The translations under genes were made by a program, and so were the position numbers. A stretch of 63,744 nt of DNA, filler included, from Raillietiella orientalis (Eukaryota): NCBI GenBank assembly GCA_036172245.1. It is 3 parts of 3 records of this genome, joined end to end, with 100 filler letters (N's around TTAATTAATTAA, not from the genome) between each part and the next. Parts side by side here need not be neighbours in the genome. Positions count along the whole stretch, not along the records: positions 47,031 to 63,744 come from JAYWIR010000251.1; 2 more parts are not named here. The stretch is one strand, 5' to 3'. Each line of letters opens with the position of its first letter. Within the stretch, counting starts at the first letter, position 1. The notes under the pieces are model-generated. The model searched no databases, was not told where the DNA came from, and saw only the letters and a program-made list of their open reading frames with translations. Below are positions 53,001 through 63,744 of the stretch, piece after piece.

Positions 53001-56000
53001 CCAGGAGAAGTAATCATAAGAGAACCTACCGTATTTGAAGAGAAGAGGATTGGTCCTAGTCTGGTTTTCATGGAAACCATTTTTGCAATTCACAGATCAC
53101 GTTTTTTTCCCTCCATCTTACTTTTTTCAGTGCAAATTTGCAGTGTTTGGTGATTTCAAATCATTTTCTATGATGTCGATTCCATCGATGCGCTCCTTCC
53201 GAGCATGCTAACGGTTTGCGTCCACTTTGGATGCAAATGCACCTTTATCACATCCTGACTTCTTCCGAATCCCTTGCTCCACGAGAAGAAATCATAGTAG
53301 AATCAACCTAATTTCAAGAGAAGAGGATTGGTGTTAGTCTTGTTTTCATGGCAACCATTTTTGGAATGCAGAGATCAAGTTTTTTTCCCTCCATGTTCCT
53401 TTTTTCAGAGCAAATTTGCAGTGTTTGGTGATTTCAAATCATTTTCTATGTCGTCGATTCCATCGATGCGCTCCTTCCGAGCATCCGAACGGTTTCCGTC
53501 CACTTTGGAAGCAAATGCACCTTAATCACATCCCCACTTCATCCGAATCCATCCCTCCAGGAGAAGTAATCATAAGAGAACTGACCGAATTTCAAGAGAA
53601 GAGGATTGGTCTTAGTCTGGTTTTCATGGCAACCATTTTTGCAATTCACAGATGACGTTTTTTTCCCTCCATCTGACTTTTTTCAGTGCAAATTTGCAGT
53701 GCTTGGTGATTTCAAATCATTTTCTATGATTTCGATTCCATCGATGCGCTCCTTCCGAGCATCCGAACGGTTTCCGTCCCCTTTGGATGCAAATGCACCT
53801 TAATCACATCCCCACTTCATCCGAATCCCTTCCTCCAGGAGAAGAAATCATAAGAGAACCGACCTAATTTCAAGAAGGGAGGATTAGTCTTAGTCTGGTT
53901 TTCATGGCAACCATTTTTGCAATTCAAAGATCAAGTTTTTTTTCTCCATCTTCCTTTTTTCAGTGCAAATTTGCAGTGCTTGGTGATTTCAAATCATTTT
54001 CTATGATGTCGAATCCATCGATGCGCTCCTTCCGAGCATCCGAACGGATTCCGTCCCCTTTGGATGCAAATGCACCTTAATCACATCCCCACTTCATCCG
54101 AACCCCTCCCTCCAGGAGAAGAAATCATAAGAGAACCGACCTAATTTCAAGAGGGTAGGATTGGTCTTAGTCTGGCTTTCAAGGCAACCATTTTTGCAAT
54201 TCAAAGATCAAGTTTTTTTCCCTCCATGTTCCTTTTTTCAGTGCAAATTTGCAGTGCTTGGTGATTTCAAATCATTTTCTATGTCGTCGATTCCATCGAT
54301 GCGCTCCTTCCGAGCATCCGAACGGTTTCCGTCCACTTTGGAAGCAAATGCACCTTAATCACATCCCCACTTCATCCGAATCCATCCCTCCAGGAGAAGT
54401 AATCATAAGAGAACCGACCGAATTTCAAGAGAAGAGGATTGGTCTTAGTCTGGTTTTCATGGCAACCATTTTTGCAATTCACAGATCACGTTTTTTTCCC
54501 TCCATCTGACTTTTTTCAGTGCAAATTTGCCGTGTTTGGTGATTTCAAATCATTTTCTATGATGTCGATTCCATCGATGCCCTCCTTCCGAGCATCCGAA
54601 CGGTTTCCGTCCACTTTGGATGGAAATGCACCTTAATCACATCCCCACTTCATCCGAATCCCTCCCTCCAGGAGAAGAAATCATAAGAGAACCGACCTAA
54701 TTTCAAGATGGTAGGATTGGTCTTAGTCTGGTTTTCATGGCAACCATTTTTGCAATGCACAGTTTAAGTTTTTTTCCGTCCACCTTGCTTTTTTCAGTGC
54801 AAATTTGCAGTGCTTGGTGATTTCAAATCATTTTCTATGATGTCGATTCCATCGATGCGCTCCTTCCGAGTATCCGAACGGTTTCCTTCCCCTTTGGATG
54901 CAAATGCACCTTAATCACATCCCCACTTCATCCGAATCCCTTCCTCCACGAGAAGATATCATAAGAGAACCGACCTAATTTCAAGAGGGGAGGATTGGTC
55001 TTAGTCTGGTTTTCATGGCAACCATTTTTGCAATGCAGAGTTCAAGTTTTTTTCCCTCCACCTTTCTTTTTTCAGTGCAAATTTGCAGTGTTTGGTGAGT
55101 TCAAATCATTTTCTATGATGGCGATTCCATCGATGCCCTCCTTCCGAGCATCCGAACGCTTTCCGTCCCCTTTGGATGCAAATGCACCTTAATCACATCC
55201 CCACTTCATCCGAATCCCTTCCTCCACGAGAAGATATCATAAGAGAACCGACCTAATTTCAAGAAGGGAGGATTAGTCTTAGTCTGGTTTTCATGGCAAC
55301 CATTTTTGCAATTCAAAGATCAAGTTTTTTTTTCTCCATCTTCCTTTTTTCAGTGCAAATTTGCAGTGCTTGGTGATTTCAAATCATTTTCTATGATGTC
55401 GAATCCATCGATGCGCTCCTTCCGAGCATCCGAACGGATTCCGTCCCCTTTGGATGCAAATGCACCTTAATCACATCCCCACTTCATCCGAATCCATCCC
55501 TCCAGGAGAAGAAATCATAAGAGAACCGACCTAATTTCAAGAGGGTAGGATTGGTCTTAGTCTGGCTTTCAAGGCAACCATTTTTGCAATGCGCAGTTCA
55601 GGTTTTTCTCCCTCCACCTTCCTTTTTTCAGTGAAAATTTGCAGTGTTTGGTGATTTCAAATCATTTTCTATGATGTCGATTCCTTCGATGCGCTCCTTC
55701 CGAGCATCCGAACGGATTCCTTCCCCTTTGGATGCAAATACACCTTTATCACATCCTGACTTCTTCCGAATCCCTTGCTCCACGAGAAGAAATCATAGTA
55801 GAATCAACCTAATTTCAAGAGAAGAGGATTGGTGTTAGTCTTGTTTTCATGGCAACCATTTTTGGAATGCAGAGATCAAGTTTTTTTCCCTCCACCTTCC
55901 TTTTTTCAGTGAAAATTTGCAGTGTTTGGTGATTTCAAATCATTTTCTATGATGTCGAATCCATCGATGCGCTCCTTCCGAGCATCCGAACGGTTTCCGT

Positions 56001-57246
56001 CCACTTTGGATGCAAATGCACCTTAATCACATCCCCACTTCATCCGAATCCCTCCCTCCAGGAGAAGAAATCATAAGAGAACCGACCTAATTTCAAGAGG
56101 GTAGGATTGGTATTAGTCTGGTTTTCATGACAACCATTTTTGCAATGCACAGATCAAATTTTTTTCGCTCCACCTTCCTTTTTTTAGTGCATATTTGCAG
56201 TGTTTGGTGATTTCAAATCATTTTCTATGATGTCGATTCCATCGATGCGCTCCTTCCGTGCATCCGAACGGATTCCTTCCCCTTTGGATGCAAATGCACC
56301 TTTCTCACATCCCGACTTCTTCCGATTCCCTTGCTCCACGCGAAGAAATCATCCGAGAACCGAACTAATTTGAAAAGGGGAGGATTGGTCTTAGTCTGGT
56401 TTTCATGGCAACCATTTTTGCAATGCACAGATAAAGTTTTTTTCCCTCCATCTTTCTTTTTTTAGTGCAAATTTGCTGTGTTTGAGGATTTCAAATCATT
56501 TTCTATGATGTCGATTCCATCGATGCGCTCCCTCCGTGCATCCGAACGGATTCCTTCCCCTTTAGATGCAAATGCACCTTTCTCACATCCCGACTTCTTC
56601 CGATTCCCTTGCTCCACGCGAAGAAATCATCCGAGAACCGAACTAATTTGAAAAGGGGAGGATTGGTCTTAGTCTGGTTTTCATGACAACCATTTTTGCA
56701 ATGCACAGATCAAATTTTTTTCCCTCCATCCTTCCTTTTTTTAGTGCAAATTTGCTGTGTTTGAGGATTTCAAATCATTTTCTATGATGTCGATTCCATC
56801 GATGCGCTCCTTCCGTGCATCCGAACGGATTCCTTCCCCTTTGGATGCAAATGCACCTTTCTCACATCCCGACTTCTTCCGATTCCCTTGCTCCACGCGA
56901 AGAAATCAACCGAGAACCGAACTAATTTGAAAAGGGGAGGATTGGTCTTAGTCTGGTTTTCATGACAACCATTTTTGCAATGCACAGATCAAGTTTTTTT
57001 CCCTCCATCTTCCTTTTTTTAGTGCAAATTTGCTGTGTTTGGTGATTTCAAATCATTTTCTATGATGTCGATTCCATCGATGCGCTCCTTCCGTGCATCC
57101 GAACGGATTCCTTCCCCTTTGGATGCAAATGCACCTTTCTCACATCTCGACTTCTTCCGATTCCCTTGCTCCACGCGAAGAAATCAACCGAGAACCGAAC
57201 TAATTTGAAAAGGGGAGGATTGGTCTTAGTCTGGTTTTCATGGCAA

Positions 57247-57286
<40 letters not shown>

Positions 57287-60200
57287 ACAGATTGAGTTTT
57301 TTTTTCTGCCATCATCTTCTTCTTTGTGCACAAAAGAAGCGTTTAACAAATTTGCTGGTTTGAGGGGTTTTCAATCATTTTCTATGATGTCGATTCCATC
57401 GATGCGCTCCCTCCGTGCATCCGAACGGATTCCTTCCCCTTTGGATGCAAATGCACCTTTCTCACATCCCGACTTCTTCCGATTCCCTTGCTCCACGCGA
57501 AGAAATCATCCGAGAACCGAACTAATTTGAAAAGGGGAGGATTGGTCTTAGTCTGGTTTTCATGGCAACCATTTTTGCAATGCACAGATCAAGTTTTTTT
57601 CCCTCCATCTTCCTTTTTTTAGTGCAAATTTGCTGTGTTTGAGGATTTCAAATCATTTTCTATGATGTCGATTCCATCGATGCGCTCCTTCCGTGCATCC
57701 TAACGGATTTCTTCCCCTTTGGATGCAAATGCACCTTTCTCACATCCCGACTTCCTCCGAATCCCTTGCTCCACGAGAAGAAATCATAAGAGAACCGAAC
57801 TGATTTCAAACAGGGAGGATTGGTCTTAGTCTGGTTTTCATGGCAACCATTTTTGCAATGCACAGATCAAGTTTTTTTCCCTCCATCTTCCTTTTTTTAG
57901 TGCAAATTTGCTGTGTTTGAGGATTTCAAATCATTTTCTATGATGTCGATTCCATCGATGCGCTCCTTCCGTGCATCCGAACGGATTCCTTCCCCTTTAG
58001 ATGCAAATGCACCTTTCTCACATCCCGACTTCTTCCGATTCCCTTGCTCCACGCGAAGAAATCAACCGAGAACCGAACTAATTTGAAAAGGGGAGGATTG
58101 GTCTTAGTCTGGTTTTCATGGCAACCATTTTTGCAATGCACAGATCAAGTTTTTTTCCCTCCATCTTCCTTTTTTTAGTGCAAATTTGCTGTGTTTGAGG
58201 ATTTCAAATCATTTTCTATGATGTCGATTCCATCGATGCGCTCCCTCCGTGCATCCGAACGGATTCCTTCCCCTTTAGATGCAAATGCACCTTTCTCACA
58301 TCCCGACTTCTTCCGATTCCCTTGCTCCACGCGAAGAAATCATCCGAGAACCGAACTAATTTGAAAAGGGGAGGATTGGTCTTAGTCTGGTTTTCATGGC
58401 AACCATTTTTGCAATGCACAGATATGGTTTTTTTCCCTCCATCTTTCTTTTTCTAGTGCAAATTTGCTGTGTTTGAGGATTTCAAATCATTTTCTATGAT
58501 GTCGATTCCATCGATGCGCTCCTTCCGTGCATCCGAACGGATTCCTTCCCCTTTAGATGCAAATGCACCTTTCTCACATCCCGACTTCTTCCGATTCCCT
58601 TGCTCCACGCGAAGAAATCATCCGAGAACCGAACTAATTTGAAAAGGGGAGGATTGGTCTTAGTCTGGTTTTCATGACAACCATTTTTGCAATGCACAGA
58701 TCAAATTTTTTTCCCTCCACCTTCCTTTTTTTAGTGCAAATTTGCTGTGTTTGAGGATTTCAAATCATTTTCTATGATGTCGATTCCATCGATGCGCTCC
58801 TTCCGTGCATCCGAACGGATTCCTTCCCCTTTAGATGCAAATGCACCTTTCTCACATCCCGACTTCTTCCGATTCCCTTGCTCCACGCGAAGAAATCATC
58901 CGAGAACCGAACTAATTTGAAAAGGGGAGGATTGGTCTTAGTCTGGTTTTCATGACAACCATTTTTGCAATGCACAGATCAAGTTTTTTTCCCTCCATCT
59001 TCCTTTTTTCGGTGCAAATTTCAGGGGTGTGGTGATTTCAAATCATTTTCTATGATGTCGATTCCATCGATGCGCTCCTTCCGTGCATCCGAACGGATTC
59101 CTTCCCCTTTCGATGCAAATGCACCTTTCTCACATCCCGACTTCTTCCGATTCCCTTGCTCCACGCGAAGAAATCATCCGAGAACCGAACTAATTTGAAA
59201 AGGGGAGGATTGGTCTTAGTCTGGTTTTCATGACAACCATTTTTGCAATGCACAGATCAAGTTTTTTTCCCTCCATCTTCCTTTTTTTAGTGCAAATTTG
59301 CTGTGTTTGAGGATTTCAAATCATTTTCTATGATGTCGATTCCATCGATGCGCTCCTTCCGTGCATCCGAACGGATTCCTTCCCCTTTAGATGCAAATGC
59401 ACCTTTCTCACATCCCGACTTCTTCCGATTCCCTTGCTCCACGCGAAGAAATCATCCGAGAACCGAACTAATTTGAAAAGGGGAGGATTGGTCTTAGTCT
59501 GGTTTTCATGACAACCATTTTTGCAATGCACAGATCAAATTTTTTTCCCTCCATCTTCCTTTTTTTAGTGCAAATTTGCTGTGTTTGAGGATTTCAAATC
59601 ATTTTCTATGATGTCGATTCCATCGATGCGCTCCTTCCGTGCATCCGAACGGATTCCTTCCCCTTTAGATGCAAATGCACCTTTCTCACATCCCGACTTC
59701 TTCCGATTCCCTTGCTCCACGCGAAGAAATCATCCGAGAACCGAACTAATTTGAAAAGGGGAGGATTGGTCTTAGTCTGGTTTTCATGGCAACCATTTTT
59801 GCAATGCACAGATGAAGTTTTTTTCCCTCCATCTTCCTTTTTTTAGTGCAAATTTGCTGTGTTTGAGGATTTCAAATCATTTTCTATGATGTCGATTCCA
59901 TCGATGCGCTCCTTCCGTGCATCCGAACGGATTCCTTCCCCTTTGGATGCAAATGCACCTTTCTCACATCTCGACTTCTTCCGATTCCCTTGCTCCACGC
60001 GAAGAAATCAACCGAGAACCGAACTAATTTGAAAAGGGGAGGATTGGTCTTAGTCTGGTTTTCATGGCAACCATTTTTGCAATGCACAGATGAAGTTTTT
60101 TTCCCTCCATCTTCCTTTTTTTAGTGCAAATTTGCTGTGTTTGAGGATTTCAAATCATTTTCTATGATGTCGATTCCATCGATGCGCTCCTTCCGTGCAT

Positions 60201-63200
60201 CCGAACGGATTCCTTCCCCTTTGGATGCAAATGCACCTTTCTCACATCCCGACTTCCTCCGAATCCCTTGCTCCACGAGAAGAAATCATAAGAGAACCGA
60301 ACTGATTTCAAACAGGGAGGATTGGTCTTAGTCTGGTTTTCATGGCAACCATTTTTGCAATGCACAGATCAAGTTTTTTTCCCTCCATCTTCCTTTTTTT
60401 AGTGCAAATTTGCTGTGTTTGAGGATTTCAAATCATTTTCTATGATGTCGATTTCATCGATGCGCTCCTTGCGTGCATCCTAACGGATTTCTTCCCCTTT
60501 GGATGCAAATGCACCTTTCTCACATCCCGACTTCCTCCGAATCCCTTGCTCCACGAGAAGAAATCATAAGAGAACCGAACTGATTTCAAACAGGGAGGAT
60601 TGGTCTTAGTCTGGTTTTCATGACAACCATTTTTGCAATGCACAGATCAAGTTTTTTTCCCTCCATCTTCCTTTTTTCAGTGCAAATTTGCTGTGTTTGA
60701 GGATTTCAAATCATTTTCTATGATGTCGATTCCATCGATGCGCTCCTTCCGTGCATCCGAACGGATTCCTTCCCCTTTGGATGCAAATGCACCTTTCTCA
60801 CATCCCGACTTCCTCCGAATCCCTTGCTCCACGAGAAGAAATCATAAGAGAACCGAACTGATTTCAAAAAGGGAGGATTGGTCTTGGTCTGGTTTTCATG
60901 GCAACCATTTTTGCAATGCACAGATCAACTTTTTTTCCCTCCATCTTCCTTTTTTCGGTGCAAATTTGAGGGGTTTGGTGATTTCAAATCATTTTCTATG
61001 ATGTCGATTCCATCGATGCGCTCCTTCCGTGCATCCGAACGGATTTCTTCCCCTTTGGATGCAAATGCACCTTTCTCACATCCCGACTTCCTCCGAATCC
61101 CTTGCTCCACGAGAAGAAATCATCCGAGAACCGAACTAATTTGAAAAGGGGAGGATTGGTCTTAGTCTGGTTTTCATGACAACCATTTTTGCAATGCACA
61201 GATCAAATTTTTTTCCCTCCACCTTCCTTTTTTTAGTGCAAATTTGCAGTGTTTGGTGATTTCAAATCATTTTCTATGATGTCGATTCCATCGATGCGCT
61301 CCTTCCGTGCATCCGAACGGATTCCTTCCCCTTTAGATGCAAATGCACCTTTCTCACATCCCGACTTCTTCCGATTCCCTTGCTCCACGCGAAGAAATCA
61401 TCCGAGAACCGAACTAATTTGAAAAGGGGAGGATTGGTCTTAGTCTGGTTTTCATGACAACCATTTTTGCAATGCACAGATCAAATTTTTTTCCCTCCAT
61501 CTTCCTTTTTTTAGTGCAAATTTGCTGTGTTTGAGGATTTCAAATCATTTTCTATGATGTCGATTCCATCGATGCGCTCCTTCCGTGCATCCGAACGGAT
61601 TCCTTCCCCTTTAGATGCAAATGCACCTTTCTCACATCCCGACTTCTTCCGATTCCCTTGCTCCACGCGAAGAAATCATAAGAGAACCGACCTAATTTCA
61701 AGAGGGTAGGATTGGTCTTAGTCTGGTTTTCATGGCAACCATTTTTGCAATGCACAGAACAAGTTTTTTTCCATCTACCTTTCTATTTCAGTGCAAATTT
61801 GCAGCGCTTGGTGATTTCAGATCATTTTCTATGATGTCGATTCCATCGATGCGCTCCTTCCGAGCATCCGAACAGTTTCCTTCCCCTTTGGATGCAAATG
61901 CACCTTAATCACATCCCCACTTCATCCGAATCCCTTCCTCCACGTGAAGAAATCATAGTAGAATCAACCTAATTTCAAGAGAAGAGGATTAGTCTTAGTC
62001 TGGTTTTCATGGCAACCCTTTTTGCAACGCGCAGTTCAGGTTTTTTTCCCTCCACCTTCCTTTTTTCAGTGCAAATTTGCAGTGTTTGGTGATTTCAAAT
62101 CATTTTCTATGACGTCGATTCCATCGATGCGCTCCTTGCGAGCATCGGAACGGTTTCCGTCTTCTTTGGAAGAAAATGCACGTTAATCACATCCCCACTT
62201 CATCCGAATCCCTTCCTCCACGAGAAGATATCATAAGAGAACCGACCTAATTTCAAGAAGGGAGGATTAGTCTTAGTCTGGTTTTCATGGCAACCCTTTT
62301 TGCAACGCGCAGTTCAGGTTTTTTTCCCTCCACCTTCCTTTTTTCAGTGCAAATTTGCAGTGTTTGGTGATTTCAAATCATTTTCTATGACGTCGATTCC
62401 ATCGATGCGCTCCTTGCGAGCATCGGAACGGTTTCCGTCTTCTTTGGAAGCAAATGCACCTTAATCACATCCCCACTTCATCCGAATCCCTTCCTCCACG
62501 AGAAGATATCATAAGAGAACCGACCTAATTTCAAGAAGGGAGGATTAATCTGAGTCTGGTTTTCATAAAAACCATTTTTGCAATGCACAGATCAACTTTT
62601 TTCCCTCCATCTTCCTTTTTTCAGTGCAATTTTGATGGGTTTGGTGATTTCAAATCATTTTCTATGATGTGGATTCGATCGTTGGGATCCTTCCGAGCAT
62701 ACGAACGGTTTCCTTCTCCTTGGGATGCAAATGCACCTTTCTCACATCCCGACATCCTCCGAATCCCTTGCTCCACGAGAAGAAATCATAAGAGAACCGA
62801 ACTGATTTCAAAAAGGGAGGATTGGTCTTGGTCTGGTTTTCATGGCAACCATTTTTGCAATGCATAGATCTACTTTTTTTCCCTCCACCTTCCCTTTTTA
62901 AGTGCAAATTTGCAGTGTTTGAGGATTTCAAATCATTTTCTATGATGTGGATTCGATCGTTGGGCTCCTTCCGAGCATACGAACGGTTTCCTTCTCCTTT
63001 GGATGCAAATGCACCTTTCTCACATCCCGACATCCTCCGAATCCCTTGCTCCACGAAAAGAAATCATAAGAGAGCCAAACTAATTTAAAAAGAAGAGGAT
63101 TCGACTTAGTCTGGTTTTCATGGAAACCATTTTTGCAATGCACAGATCAACTTTTTCTCCCTCCACCTTTCTTTTTTCACTGCAAATTTGATGGGTTTGG

Positions 63201-63744
63201 TGATTTGAAAACATGTTTTATGATGTCGATTCGATCGTTGGGCTCCTTGCGAGCATACGAACGATTTCCTTCTCCTTTGGATGCAAATGCACCTTTCTCA
63301 CATCCCGACATCCTCCGAATCCCTTGCTCCACGAAAAGAAGTCATAAGAGAGCCGAACTAATTTGAAAAGGGGAGGATTGGACTTAGTCTGGTTTTCATG
63401 GCAACCATTTTCGCAATGCACAGATCAACTTTTTTCCCTCCAACTTCCTTTTTTCGGTGCAAATTTGATGGGTTGGGTGATTTCAAATCATTTTCTATGA
63501 TGTGGATTCGATCGTTCGGCTCCTTTGGAGCATACGAACAATTTCCTTCTCCTTTGGATGCAAATGCACCTTTTTCACATCCCGACATCCTCCGACTCCC
63601 TTGCTCCTCGAAAAGAAGTCATAAGAGAGCCGAACAAATTTGAAAAGGGGAGGATTGGACTTAGTCTGGTTTTCATGGCAACCATTTTTGCAATGCACAG
63701 ATCAAGTTTTCTTCCCTCCATCTTCCTTTTTTCAGTGCAAATTT
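47031..63744 (+). repeat. 278-bp tandem satellite array, about 60 monomers, with a 5-mer higher-order repeat and three subfamily domains
   Basis: The repeated 67-aa minus-strand pseudo-ORF recurs every 278 bp (57660, 57938, 58216...). The diagnostic variant TTCAAGATGG at 48031, 49421, 50811 and 52201 gives a period of 1390 = 5x278. Confidence 0.99.
57248..57281 (+). repeat. (CA)17 microsatellite inside one satellite monomer
   Basis: It replaces ATTTTTGCAAT after GGCAACC. This monomer is 44 bp longer than normal and the following ~90 bp are garbled, so it may be a sequencing or consensus artefact. Confidence 0.7.

Noticed and set aside
47305..63698. Recurrent 64-67-aa ORFs (MHCKNGCHENQ..., MVLVWFSWQP...)
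   Set aside because: There is one per satellite monomer, often with non-ATG starts; they are by-products of the repeat.
23556..63744. CRISPR-like array interpretation
   Set aside because: The units are full-length tandem repeats with no unique spacers, there are no cas genes, and the context is eukaryotic.
23556..63744. Retrozyme or ribozyme (hammerhead, HDV-like) in the satellite monomers
   Set aside because: I found no CTGANGA...GAAA core on either strand. The TCCTTCC loop in the 278-bp unit resembles HDV L3, but I could not build P1 and P2. An Infernal/RNAMotif search would settle it.
23556..63744. CENP-B box or TAGTATTAC-like origin inside the satellites
   Set aside because: The TTCG...CGGG spacing in the 180-bp unit does not fit the CENP-B box. 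No nonanucleotide stem-loop is present in either consensus, so the monomers are not themselves Rep origins.
19290..63744. Common ancestry of the 180-bp and 278-bp satellites (shared CAACCATTTT and GTCCAAAT words)
   Set aside because: The shared words are short, AT-rich and in inconsistent relative orientation; no extended alignment is visible.

Overview
This is eukaryotic, probably metazoan, repeat-rich DNA. It consists of three pieces joined by artificial 100-bp spacers (44 N + TTAATTAATTAA + 44 N) at 23456-23555 and 46931-47030, so adjacency between the pieces is not biological evidence. Piece 1 (1-23455) holds heavily decayed retroelement fragments (Utopia/NeSL-like RLE LINE, BEL/Pao, Ty3/gypsy, possibly mariner) that run into about 7-8 degenerate copies of a ~278-bp satellite. 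Inserted in those copies is a ~1.2-kb endogenous CRESS-DNA-virus-like element (21396-22620). It retains a perfect 11-bp stem-loop origin with the canonical TAGTATTAC nonanucleotide, iteron-like repeats, a TATA box, and twin hairpins that display an identical 12-nt loop motif. It also has a disrupted Rep (HUH endonuclease plus SF3 helicase), and its right end abuts an inverted satellite monomer. Piece 2 (23556-46930) is a pure 180-bp satellite array of about 130 copies with local multi-monomer duplications. Piece 3 (47031-63744) is a homogeneous 278-bp satellite array of about 60 copies with a 5-mer higher-order repeat and three subfamily domains. No intact protein-coding gene is supported, and the long ORFs in the arrays are by-products of the repeats. 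All family assignments come from motifs recognised by eye; no database search was run.
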